From Mobula hypostoma (lineage: Eukaryota), in NCBI RefSeq assembly GCF_963921235.1, contig NC_086102.1:88226001-88290000 (forward strand): a stretch of DNA of 64,000 nucleotides, written 5' to 3'. Shown here piece after piece: positions 26,401 to 37,760 of the stretch (positions are counted from its first letter, which is position 1; the number at the start of each line of letters is the position of its first letter). The notes beneath the pieces are model-generated. The model worked only from the letters and a program-made list of their open reading frames with translations, was not told the origin of the DNA and made no database searches. The translations under genes were made by a program, and so were the position numbers.

Positions 26401-26539
26401 GAAATGAAGATTAAGTCAACCACCAACATATAGAACTGTTATTTGCACACACATCCCTTATCTACACAAAGCAAGACAAACTAACTCAGTGTGGAAAGTT
26501 ATGGGAGACGTCACCAACAATGCCATCAGTCAATAATCT

Positions 26540-27110
26540 GCTCTCTGCTGACTGGTTTGAGTTTTTCCAGGATGACCAGGCTCCAGAGCAAGGTTACTCA
26601 TCCCAGCACCTTACAACAGGGGCTCTTTGGGACAGAGTGTCCCAGGCCCAAGAATCTTCCACTGTTTCTTCCCTCTAACACAGAGGTGTCTGCTAATGAC
26701 TGCCCGGTGTTCAGTTCCATTTACAACTCCTCAGCAGGCGAGGCAGCTGTAAGAGTCAGACCACACCCAAGGGTGCCAGGCAGCACTGGAGTATGACCAT
26801 CTCATCACCTACCCTGGATGTATAGGGTCATTACTAACACCCTGCTGGACCAACCACATTGATACTGTGGCTCTGTCAGCATGCCAGGGACGAGGTATCT
26901 GCAGCAACTGACTCAGCTCCTGATACCCTGAAGCTGTTTTCACCACATACACATCAAATTAGGCCTGTAATGGAATACTTCCCACTCGCCCACTTGAGTG
27001 AAACTCCAACAACAATTTAGAACAGTGTCATCTTGGAACCCAGCATCACCTCAACACTGACAAGCTCCAGTCATGTTTATGGACCAGGGGCTGGCTTCCG
27101 AAATGAGAAA
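26540..27110 (+). mobile_element. Old, highly degenerate non-LTR retrotransposon RT fragment
   Basis: VSANDCPVFSSIYNSS resembles a decayed FADDC RT motif; downstream sequence is LINE-like. Confidence 0.4.
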
Positions 27111-27542
27111 GCACTTGCACTGTCTCTGTGAATCTGCGCTGCCCACAGTCAGAAGTTCAGAGCAGCAGATTGACATACAAATTATAGGCTTCAGGGCCAG
27201 TTCCCTGGAACTCCCCCAAAATTCCCAGCTTGGACTGCCTCTCCCAAATTCTCCACCCATGGCTAATGGTTGAGTGTGAGGCTACCAACATCTATATCTA
27301 TTCCTGTAAGTGCTATTAGCCCTAAGGAACTCAAAGGTAATACCAAGGGATATGGGAGGGGACACTGAATTTAAAGACAAACTAAGAAAGTTGAGAAAAG
27401 ATTCTCCACCATTTAAATTAATCTCAACTTCATATATCTGTTCACCAACAGTAACCTTGTACCACTTTGCTTGTCAAAAATATTAGCTATAGCGACACAA
27501 GAGATTGCAGACGCTGGGTTCCAGAGCAACAGATATTCTGCA

Positions 27543-29144
27543 GGACGGACTCGGTACGTCGATTGGTATCTGTGGGGGGGGGGACTCGGTACGTCGATCG
27601 GTATCTGTGGTGGGGGGGACTCGGTACGTCGATTGGTATCTGTGGGGGGGACTCGGTATCGATTGGTATCTGTGGAGGGGACTCGGTACGTCGATCGGTA
27701 TCTGTGGACGGACTCGGTACGTCGATCGGTATCTGTGGGGGGGACTCGGTATGTCGATCGGTATCTGTGGGGGGGACTCGGTATGTCGATCGGTATCTGT
27801 GGACGGACTCGGTACGTCGATCGGTATCTGTATGGGGGGGGGACTCGGTACGTCGATCGGTATCTGTGGGGGGGACTCGGTACGTGGATCTGTATCTGTG
27901 GGGGGGACTCGGTACGTCGATCGGTATCTGTGGGGGGGACTCGGTACGTCGATCGGTATCTGTGGGGGGGGGGACTCGGTACGTCGATCGGTATCTGTGG
28001 GGGGGGACTCGGTACGTCGATCGGTATCTGTGTGGGGGGGACTCGGTACGTCGATCGGTATCTGTGGGTGGGGGACTCGGTACGTCGATCGGTATCTGTG
28101 GGGGGGACTCGGTATGTCGATCGGTATCTGTGGGGGGAGACTCGGTACGTCGATCAGTATCTGTCGGGGGGGGGACTCGGTACGTCGATCGGTATCTGTG
28201 GATGGACTCGGTACGTCGATCGGTATCTGTGGGGAGACTCGGTACATCGATCGGTATCTGTGGGGGGACTCGGTACGTCGATCGGTGTCTGTGGGGGGGA
28301 CTCGGTATGTCGATCGGTATTTGTGGATGGACTCGGTACGTCGATCGGTGTCTGTGGGGGGACTCGGTACGTCGATCGGTATCTGTGGGGGGGGACTCGG
28401 TACGTCGATCGGTATCTGTGGACGGACTCGGTACGTCGATCGGTATCTGTGGGGGGGACTCGGTACGTCGATCGGTATCTGTGGGGGGGACTCGGTACGT
28501 CGATCGGTATCTGTGGGGAGACTCGGTACGTCGATCGGTATCTGTGGGGGGACTCGGTACGTCGATCGGTGTCTTGGGGGGGACTCGGTATGTCGATCGG
28601 TATTTGTGGATGGACTCGGTACGTCGATCGGTGTCTGTGGGGGGACTCGGTACGTCGATCGGTATCTGTGGGGGGGGACTCGGTACGTCGATCGGTATCT
28701 GTGGACGGACTCGGTACGTCGATCGGTATCTGTGGGGGGGACTCGGTACGTCGATCGGTATCTGTGGGGGGGACTCGTTACGTCGATCGGTATCTGTGGA
28801 CGGACTCGGTACGTCGATTGGTATCTGTGGACGGACTCGGTACGTCGATCGGTATCTGTGGGGGGGACTCGTTACGTCGATCGGTATCTGTGGATGGACT
28901 CGGTACGTCGATTGGTATCTGTGGACGGACTCGGTACGTCGATCGGTATCTGTGGGGGGGACTCGGTACGTCGATCGGTATCTGTGGGGGGGACTCGTTA
29001 CGTCGATCAGTATCTGTGGATGGACTCGGTATGTCGATTGGTATCTGTGGACGGACTCGGTACGTCGATCGGTATCTTGGGGGGGACTCGGTACGTCGAT
29101 CGGTATCTGTGGGGGGGACTCGGTATGTCGATCGGTATCTGTGG
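27543..29144. repeat. CpG-rich minisatellite, ~30-35 bp unit (G5-10)ACTCGGTACGTCGATCGGTATCTGT, roughly 50 copies
   Basis: Direct tandem repetition; variable G run or GGACGG/GGATGG linker. Confidence 0.97.
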
Positions 29145-30771
29145 GAGGAAAGGAATTGTTGGCACTTCAGTTCAAAGCCAAGTATCAGTATCAGTCCTGT
29201 GGCAGGGTTTCAGCCTGAAACATTGACAATTGCTTTGCTTCCATTGTTGCTACGCGACCTGCTGAGTTTCTTCAGCAGATAATTTGTTGGTCGAGAATTC
29301 ATCTATCCCAACCTTAGGAATGATCAAAAATCTGCTTCATCTGTCCTTTATGGGGCAGGTGGGGGGCCACACAAAAAGTTGACAGTTCCTTTCCTCCCAC
29401 AGTTGCAGCTCGACCTCCTGAGTTTCCCCAGCAGTTTGTTGAATCAGATTTCAGCGTCTGATCTGCAGTTTTTCATGTTTTCAAGAAGTTCATCTTAGCT
29501 CTTTCTCAAATGGGTGATACCTTAGTGTTAAACAGTAACCCCGGTTCTCTATTTTGAACAAAGGAAACAGCACATCATGACTGTGCAGGAGATCTGGCAC
29601 CCTTTTTACACTAATCCCACATTGCCACCAGCTGTCCCCATACTCTCCCACTCGCCTACATACTAGGGTCAAATAACCTAACAGTTAACCTAGCAATCTG
29701 CACATTTTTGGAATGTGGAAGGAAGCCAGAACACACTAAGGAGAGCGTGCAAACTCCTCACGAACAACCTTCGAGGTCAGGATTGAAGCTTGGGTTGAAA
29801 CATCCTCTACACGTCCACCCTGTCCAGGGGTCCCCTTGGTTAATGGTAGGGCTCCATGGCATTAAAAGATTGGAAACGCCCGACCCTGTAAAAAGCCATC
29901 AGGATCTTATATGTTGCAATGAAGTCCCCGCTCATTACTCTAAGCTTTGGTAAATGCAAGCCTACGTTGACAAATCTTCCCTCACCAGACAACCCATCCA
30001 CTGCCGTTATGAGGCTGTTGTTTGGAATAATTAATATGTGTAGTTACTGTTACCTTCTACAGGGAAGACATTTGTCAGATCTGCAAGAAATCACCAAAGT
30101 TATGCCAGAAATTAGATGCAATATACAAAGAAAGGCTGAAACAGAGAAGGGTGACGAGCAATCTGGTCCAATTTCCAGACTATGGGCGACGTTGATGGGT
30201 TCACAGAAGAATCTGGGAATAAGGGCGACTGGAAGAACGAACAGAGAAATTGGAACAAATAGTTTGCACATTGGGTGTTATTACAAGAAAGAATGCTCAA
30301 CCACAAGTAACAATTGAGACAAAGATTAGAACTAACAGAATTTAAAAGGAAATTAGATGCGTTTTGGATAAGGAAAATTGTAAAAGGAAATGTAATTATA
30401 GTGATTGCATTTAATGGTCAGCAGGGCCGCATGCACTGCCTACATGGTTTCAATGATTCCCACAGCTGATAATGTGAATGTGTACGAGCTGCTGAATGCC
30501 TCATCCTCCAGCCATACTAACTGGCAAACTTGGACAAGTTTATCGGTCATTCCCAATCATTCAGTAGGCAGAATGGGAAGCCCAGCTTGTCTCAAGGTCG
30601 CACTGGAGGCTTCCTGCTCCACTGTCAGCCTGGAACTCGCCATAAATCAGAAGTTTCTATATTTGCGTTCCAATCAAGCAGCAAGACCAGCAGTCCCCCG
30701 CAGGACTGAGGAAGTCCCTCATATTTTAAATCCCCATTTCCTAAATAATTGTTCATCCAATCTCTACCATT

Positions 30772-30971
30772 TGTTGTGTTCTTATATTTATACGTACCAT
30801 GAGTTAACAATAAAGAGTCATATTCTGGAAGAATTAGAACTTTTATTTACAGCAACAAAACCAAACCACATTTTTACCAAGCTATGTTCCAGATCATTCT
30901 AACATTTCTGCACATGCTCAGAACTTTCTCCAATCACGTTCTTACACGTCATTACACGTGATATCACCACA
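30772..30971 (-). repeat. 3' LTR
   Basis: Direct repeat of 33216-33415 with about 11 substitutions counted by eye; AATAAA on the - strand at 30842-30847; PPT adjacent at 30972-30984. Confidence 0.95.
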
Positions 30972-31029
30972 TCTTCCCTTCCTTAAAAAGAAAAACAATT
31001 AGCAACATTAACCAGAGCAAATGCATAAT

Positions 31030-31262
31030 TTAACATGTTTCTATCAGTCTCTCTGGGGGTTTACGAACACGAGTAGACCTTCTAAGTGGTTCACACAGTT
31101 CTTGTGTTTCATTGTTATTTCCATGTTTTGTCTGGTCTGCATCAATTAACTGAAACTCTGAAGTTGGCTCTTTCTTGAGGTCTTTGCGATTTCTTCTTAA
31201 CATTGTTCCTTCTTCTGTTTGGACCATGTAAGATCTGGGTTGTACTTCTTCAAGTACTGTAG
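31030..31262 (-). pseudogene. Gypsy integrase C-terminal remnant
   Basis: ATVLEEVQPRSYMVQTEEGTMLRRNRKDL...LRRSTRVRKPPERLIETC*, a typical Mag-type pol ending. Confidence 0.85.
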
Positions 31263-31911
31263 CTTTCTTAATTCCTTCACTTCCATTTGTAATGAACATA
31301 GAACATAGAAATCTACAGCACATTACAGGCCCTTCAGCCCACAATGTTGTGCTGACCATGTAATCTACTCTAGAAACTGTCTAGAATTACCCTAGCACAT
31401 AGCCCTCTATTTTTCTAAGTGTCATTGAGTCTAGCCTCTGAAAGGGGAGGGTGAACAGCCAGAAGTCATGGTACACATTGGTACCAACAACAAAAGTAGG
31501 AAAAGGTATGAGGTCCTGAAGAGCACATATAGGTAGTTAGGCAGAAAGCTAAAAATACAGAAAATATGAATCATCTTTTCTTCATCTAATTCATTCATTA
31601 ACAGTGTAATCTCTTTTTTTATGTTGAGGCTTCATCATTTCAATAAAACTTCTCAATTCCTTCACTTGTGCTTTCACTTCTTCAGCTGGATCCTGATTCT
31701 TGTCACTCTTTGGCTTCAGATCAGTATTGTACTGTACCGGCAAGTTTGGCCTCTGTCCTCCTGCAGAAGTGAGATTGTGATGGAATGCATGGCCCATTGA
31801 TGCATGTGTGTTACTTCCAGAGGGCAAAATTGCAACTCCTGGTTTTGGTGGCAATGATTTGTCAGATGCTGGTAAGAAAGGGATGGGTCTGGGAGCTTTC
31901 TTTATGACTTC
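31261..31911 (-). pseudogene. SH3KBP1: Captured, apparently processed fragment of the SH3KBP1 (CIN85) C-terminus, split by a CR1 insertion at 31296-31562
   Basis: Reconstructs as ...ASDKSLPPKPG...KPK...AEEVKAQVKELRSFIEMMKPQHKK/EITLLMNELDEEKMIHI|SLQMEV/EGIKKA versus recalled human VSDNKASLPPKPG...KPK...[53 protein letters not shown]. Confidence 0.85.
31296..31562. mobile_element. Short CR1 insertion: 3' end (- strand) joined to an inverted ORF1 piece (+ strand)
   Basis: 31296-31420 matches the CR1 3' ends at 33935 and 37761 (aacatagaacatagaa...); ~31437-31555 reads LKGEGEQPEVMVHIGTN (ORF1 esterase-like, compare 15610-15710). Confidence 0.8.
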
Positions 31912-33104
31912 ATACTCTTTCATCAAGTCACTGTATTCTGACTCTGTCACTGTCACTAAGACTCTTTTCACCAAATTCAGTCTCTCACAGGCAGATGGAT
32001 CCAGTATTGACTGTACATTCTTTGGCACCACCACAAATGAAAGTGTGTGCACAATATTTTTGTGTGATACTTTTGCCACATGTGTTCCTTTAACTGGAAT
32101 GTCTGCACCTGAATAACCAGTCACTTTTATATTTGTCTGATGTAACTTTGGTCTTGGCTTTAATGCATTAAACTCAGATTCTGCAAGAACATTTACTTGT
32201 GCTCCAGTATGAAGTTTAAACAGAATATTGTTTTGGTTAAATTGCAATGGAATAGTCCAGTCATTCTTACTTTGTTTGTTTTCACAAAGCACATCTATAT
32301 AAAACTCCTCAAGTTCATTTTCAAGCACTGCATTTACTTGTTTTATTTTCTTTCTACTTCTGCAACAGCGTGAAAGATGATTACTCTTACCACAGTCGTT
32401 GCACATTTTCCCATACGCTGGACACTGTTTTGGTCGATGCTGCCGCCCACAGTAATCAGATAACTTTTTTCTCTCAGATGACGTCTTGCTCTCTGTCGGT
32501 TTTGTTGTCATTTTATTATTATTTCTAATATGTTTGTGCTTTTCCACAGCGTCTACGTGGCAGTTTTTAATGAAAAGTTCTTTAGCCTGTGACATCATTG
32601 TCTCCAACGCTTTGCAAAGCATCAAGGCTTTTTCCAAGTTGAAATCTTGTTCTCTTAACAGTCTTTCTCTCAGACCATTATCCCGAATGCCACAAACAAT
32701 TCTGTCTTTAATGACAGAGTCTGTCAGTTCTCCAAACTCACATGTTTTACTATGGTGTCTCAACTCCGTAACATATCGATCAATTGCTTCAGCAGCTCTT
32801 TGTGCAGGTGTAGAAAGTTTATGCCTTTCGTATGTCAAATTACACTTCGGTATACAAAATGCTTCAAATTTGTCCATTTCCGATTCCAATTTTAAACCAT
32901 CTCCATCTTCAAAAATAAAATGATTATATACCTCAATTGCATCGTCACCTATTACGTGGAGTGGAAGCGCAGCTTTTGTTTTTTCCGGTTTTCCATCAGC
33001 TTCGATCGCTGACAAATAAAATTCAAAACGTTGCTTGAATTTTCTCCAGTTTAGGCTACGTTCCCAGTCAGCTGAAGTGTTGGCGGAGGTTGCAAACCTT
33101 TCAT
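31912..33104 (-). pseudogene. Gypsy gag and aspartic protease (disrupted)
   Basis: MKGLQPPPTLQLTGNVA / NWRKFKQRFEFYL (frameshift ~33052); IKDRIVCGI; two zinc knuckles ..YCGRQH..CPAYGKMCNDCGKSNH..C; protease FKLHTGAQVNVL (catalytic D to H). Confidence 0.92.
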
Positions 33105-33202
33105 TTTTAAAACTGTTAGCAAACACCAAACAGTTCGAACTCTTTTTGCTTCGATTATCTTTGCTTCTTCTGTGTTAGCTAACATATTATTCTTCCAGAC
33201 CG

Positions 33203-33215
33203 ACTTCTGACACCA
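33203..33215 (-). promoter_or_regulatory. Primer binding site, complementary to the 3' end of tRNA-Leu(CAA)
   Basis: TGGTGTCAGAAGT immediately inside the 5' LTR. Confidence 0.8.
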
Positions 33216-33415
33216 TGTTGTGTTCTTATATTTATACGTACCGTGGGTTAACAATAGAGAATCATATTTTGGAAGAATTAGAACTTTTACTTACAGCAAC
33301 AAAACCAAACCACGTTTTTACCAAGCCATGTTCCAGATCATTCTAACATTTCTGCTCATGCTCAGAACTCTCTCCAATCACGTTCTTACACGTCATTGCA
33401 CGTGATATCACCACA
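33216..33415 (-). repeat. 5' LTR
   Basis: Direct repeat of 30772-30971; followed by the PBS on the - strand. Confidence 0.95.
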
Positions 33416-33934
33416 CCATTTGAACTGCACAATAACAACTAAAATTGTCAACAACAAGCACACCAATAAAAACTTCAACAAAATCTTTCTGTTCCTGGTT
33501 CAAACCTAACTTCTTTCTGAAGTTATCAGCACTTTGCCTAAAAAAGCATTTACATTCTAACAAACGACAGTAGAGCGGACACTCCTTGGCTAATCACAGA
33601 ATTTGGTAAGAGAACTAAACGTGGAAATAGAGACACATCTCCAAGGCTGAGTGCACATGATGAACCCTCGTCAAACTGTACACCAGCTTCACCCTCCACA
33701 GAGTTTTTGGAGCAATCTCTGCTATTACGTTGGCGAGGCCGTGATTGTGTAATTCCAATGTCAGTCAGACTTGCTGATCATGTTCCATTTTGTGGCCCAA
33801 ATTCAACTGAACAGTTACTTCGCGCATCTCTTGTCTTCCAACTTGAACTTCTGGTGACATTTACCTGCTGGCAGAGATTGATGTACTTTTATTTTTGGTA
33901 GATTCTGTTTTTTTTCTGCTCCTGAAAAGTTCTT

Positions 33935-36900
33935 AACATAGAACATAGAATAGTACAGCACAGTACAGGCCCTTCGGCCCACAATGTTGTGCCGACCCTC
34001 AAACCCTGCCTGCCATATAAGCCCCCACCTTAGATTCCTCCATATACTTGTCTAGTAGTCTCTTAAACTTCACTAGTGTAGCTGCCTCCACCACTGACTC
34101 AGGCAGTGCATTCCATGCACCAACCACTCCCTGAGTAAAAAACCTTCCTCTAATATCCCCCTTGAACTTCCCACCCCTTACCTTAAAGCCATGTCCTCTT
34201 GTATTGAGCAGTGGTGCCCTGAGGAAGAGGCGCTGGCTATCCACTCTATCTATTCCTCTTATTATTTTGTACACCTCTATCATGTCTCCTCTCATCCTCC
34301 TTCTCTCCAAAGAGTAAAGCCCTAGCTCCCTTAATCTCTGATCATAATGCATACTTTCTAAACCAGGCAGCATCCTGGTAAATCTCCTCTGTACCCTTTC
34401 CAATGCTTCCACATCCTTCCTATAGTGAGGTGACCAGAACTGGACACAATACTCCAAGTGTGCCCTAACCAGAGTTTTATAGAGCTGCATCATTACATCG
34501 CGACTCTTAAACTCTATCCCTCGACTTATGAAAGCTACCACCCCATAAGCTTTCTTAACTACCCTATCCACCTGTGAGGCAACTTTCAGGGATCTGTGGA
34601 CATGTACCCTGAGATCCCTCTGCTCCTCCACACTACCAAGTATCCTGCCATTTACTTTGTACTCTGCCTTGGAGTTTGTCCTTCCAAAGTGTACCACCTC
34701 AGACTTCTCCGGGTTGAACTCCATCTGCCACTTCTCAGCCCACTTCTGCATCCTATCAATGTCTCTCTGCAATCTTTGACAATCCTCTACACTATCTACA
34801 ACACCACCAACCTTTGTGTCATCTGCAAACTTGCCAACCCACTCTTCTACCCCCACATCCAGGTCGTTAATAAAAATCACGAAAAGTAGAGGTCCCAGAA
34901 CAGATCCTTGTGGGACACCACTAGTCACAATCCTCCAATCTGAATGTACTCCCTCCACCACCACCCTCTGCCTTCTGCAGGCAAGCCAATTCTGAATCCA
35001 CCTGGCCAAACTTCCCTGGATCCCATGCCTTCTAACTTTCTGAATAAGCCTACCGTGTGGAACCTTGTCAAATGCCTTACTAAAATCCATATAGATCACA
35101 TCCACTGCACTACCCTCATCTATATGCCTGGTCACCTCCTCAAAGAACTCTATCAGGCTTGTTAGACACGATCTGCCCTTCACAAAGCCAAGCTGACTGT
35201 CCCTGAGCAGACCATGATTCTCTAAATGCCTATAGATCCTATCTCTAAGAATCTTTTCCAACAGCTTTCCCACCACAGACGTAAGGCTCACTGTCTATAA
35301 TTACCCGGACTATCCCTACTACCTTTTTTGAACAAGGGAACAACATTCGCCTCCCTCCAATCCTCCGGTACCATTCCCGTGGACAACGAGGACATAAAGA
35401 TCCTAGCCAGAGGCTCAGCAATCTCTTCTCTCGCCTCGTGGAGCAGCCGGGGGAATATTCTGTCAGGCCCCGGGGACTTATCTGTCCTAATGTATTTTAA
35501 CAACTCCAACACCTCTTCTCCCTTAATATCAGCATGCTCCAGAACATCAACCTCACTCATATTGTCCTCACCATCACCAAGTTCCCTCTCATTGGTGAAT
35601 ACCGAAGAGAAGTATTCATTGAGGGCCTCGCTCACTTCCACAGCCTCCAGGCACATCTCCCCACCTTTATCTCTAATCGGTCCTACCTTCACTCCTGTCA
35701 TCCTTTTTTTCTTCACATAATTGAAGAATGCCTTGGGGTTTTCCTTTACCCTACTCGCCAAGGCCTTCTCATGCCCCCTTCTTGCTCTTCTCAGCCTCTT
35801 CTTAAGCTCCTTTCTTGCTTCCCTGTATTCCTCAATAGACCCATCTGATCCTTGCTTCCTAAACCTCATGTATGCTGCCTTCTTCCTCCTGACTAGATTT
35901 TCCACCTCACTTGTCACCCATGTTTCCTTCACCCTACCATTCTTTATCTTCCTCACCGGGACAAACTTATCCCTTACATCCTGCAAGAGATCTCTAAACA
36001 TCCACCACATGTCCATAGTACATTTCCCTGCAAAAACATCATCCCAATTCACACCCGCAAGTTCTATCCTTATAGCCTCATAATTTACCTTTCCCCAATT
36101 AAAAACTTTCCTGTCCTCTTTGATTCTTTCCTTTTCCATGATAATTATAAGGGCCAGGGAGCGGTGGTCACTGTCCCCCAGATGCTCACCCACTGAGAGA
36201 TCTGTGACCTGCCCCGGTTCATTACCTAGTACTAGATCTAATATGGCATTCCCCCTGGTTGGCCTGTCCACATACTGTGACAGGAATCCATCCTGGACAC
36301 ACTTAACAAATTCTGCCCCATCCAAACCCTTGGAACTAATCAGGTGCCAATCAATATTAGGGAAGTTAAAGTCACCCATGATAACAACCCTGTTATTTTT
36401 GCAGCTTTCTAAAATCTGCCTTCCAATCTGCTCCTGTGTATCTCTGCTGCTACCAGGGGGCCTATAGAATACCCCCAGTAGAGTAACTGCTCCCTTCCTG
36501 TTCCTGACTTCCACCCATATTGACTCAAAAGAGGATCCTGCTACATTACCCACCCTTTCTATAGCTGTAATAGTATCCCTGACCAGTAATGCCACCCCTC
36601 CTCCCCTTTTTCTGCCCTCTCTATCCCTTTTAAAGCACTGAAATCCAGGAATATTGAGAATCCATTCCTGCCCTGGTGCCAGCCAAGTCTCTGTAATGGC
36701 CTCTACATCATAATTCCATGTATGTATCCAAGCTCTCAGTTCATCACCTTTGTTCCTGATGCTTCTTGTATTGAGGTACACACATTTCAGCCCTTCTACC
36801 TTACTGTCTTTACACCGTTTATTCTGCTTCTCTTTCCTCAAAGCCTCTCTGTATGTTAGATCTGGCTTTACTCCATGCACTTCTTTCACTGCTCTATCGC

Positions 36901-37160
36901 TCTGGGTCCCATCCCCCTTGCAAATTAGTTTAAACCCTCCCGAACCATGCTAGCAAACCTACCTGCAAGGATATTGCTCCCCCTCGAGCTCAGGTGCAAC
37001 CCATCCAATCTGTACAGGTCCCACCTTCCCCAGAAGAGATCCCAATGATCCAAAAACCTAAAACCCTGCTCCCTGCACCAACTCCTCAGCCACGCATTCA
37101 ACTGCCATCTCCTCCAATTCTTACCATCACTGTCATGTAGCACTGGCAGCAATCCTGAGA
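33935..37160 (-). mobile_element. Young CR1 LINE: ORF1 3' part and near-complete ORF2 (APE endonuclease + RT) with one frameshift at ~35290
   Basis: ORFs 35288..36889 (YLNTRSIRNK, ITETW, MGDFN, GDSDH) and 33999..35291 (DFSKAFDKVPH, GVPQGSVLGP, FADDTK); (TTCTATG)n tail; ORF1 piece 36925..37152. Confidence 0.97.
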
Positions 37161-37170
37161 ACTGGCAGGA

Positions 37171-37300
37171 CTGGCGAAGGGTCTCGGCCTGAAACGTCGA
37201 CTGTACCTCTTCCTGGAGATGCTGCCTGGCCTGCTGCGTTCACCAGCAACTTTGATGTGTGTTGCTTGAATTTCCAGCATCTGCAGTATTCCTGTTGTTT
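37171..37300 (+). repeat. Penelope-associated short repeat with a degenerate hammerhead core
   Basis: ctggcgaagggtctcggcctgaaacgtcgactg; near-identical reverse copy at ~50995-51090. Confidence 0.6.
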
Positions 37301-37760
37301 GGAAAATTGACTGTTTGCTGGAAGCACTAAAACTGCTACCAGCCAAAACCTTGGCTGACACAGACTTCTTTAATAGTGACTAATGAAAATATGTAAAAAA
37401 CAATATGTGAGTCCAATGGGAAGAAAACCCATCGATCAGAACCTGAAGGAATAGAACAGAAAGTCACAAATCAGTCACCTGATTAGATCAGAGCCTATTG
37501 GCATCAAGAGTCAGACTCAAAGGTTTAACACATTTACAATACACTCCTTAGAATAATTAGAGTCAGCGGAGAAATGGTACAACTAGCAACACAGCAGTGC
37601 AAAATCTTCTTGATTTTGAAATCTCCTTTTGAGTTCCTGGTGGAGAAGAGGTCACTAAACAGACAATGTGGACAACCTGGCACATCCTCCCCATGATCTA
37701 CTGAATAAGCAGTGGAGCACCCTTTCGAACAGACTCATTCAGCTCTGCTGTCACAAGGAT

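Larger units (their letters stand above)
30772..33415 (-). mobile_element. Gypsy (Mag-like) LTR retrotransposon, non-autonomous, carrying a captured host-gene fragment
   Basis: Two 200-bp TG...CA LTRs; 5-bp TSD CCATT (30767-30771 and 33416-33420); PBS TGGTGTCAGAAGT; PPT AAGGAAGGGAAGA; gag, protease and integrase C-terminus present, RT/RNaseH absent. Confidence 0.95.

Noticed and set aside
27467-29282. Three 570-600 aa ORFs on + and a 254 aa ORF on -
   Set aside because: Translations of a stop-free tandem repeat; no gene structure, and unit lengths are not frame-preserving.
31261-31911. A genuine SH3KBP1 gene locus
   Set aside because: Lies wholly inside an LTR element with a TSD, has frameshifts and a CR1 insertion, and has no splice sites or other exons.
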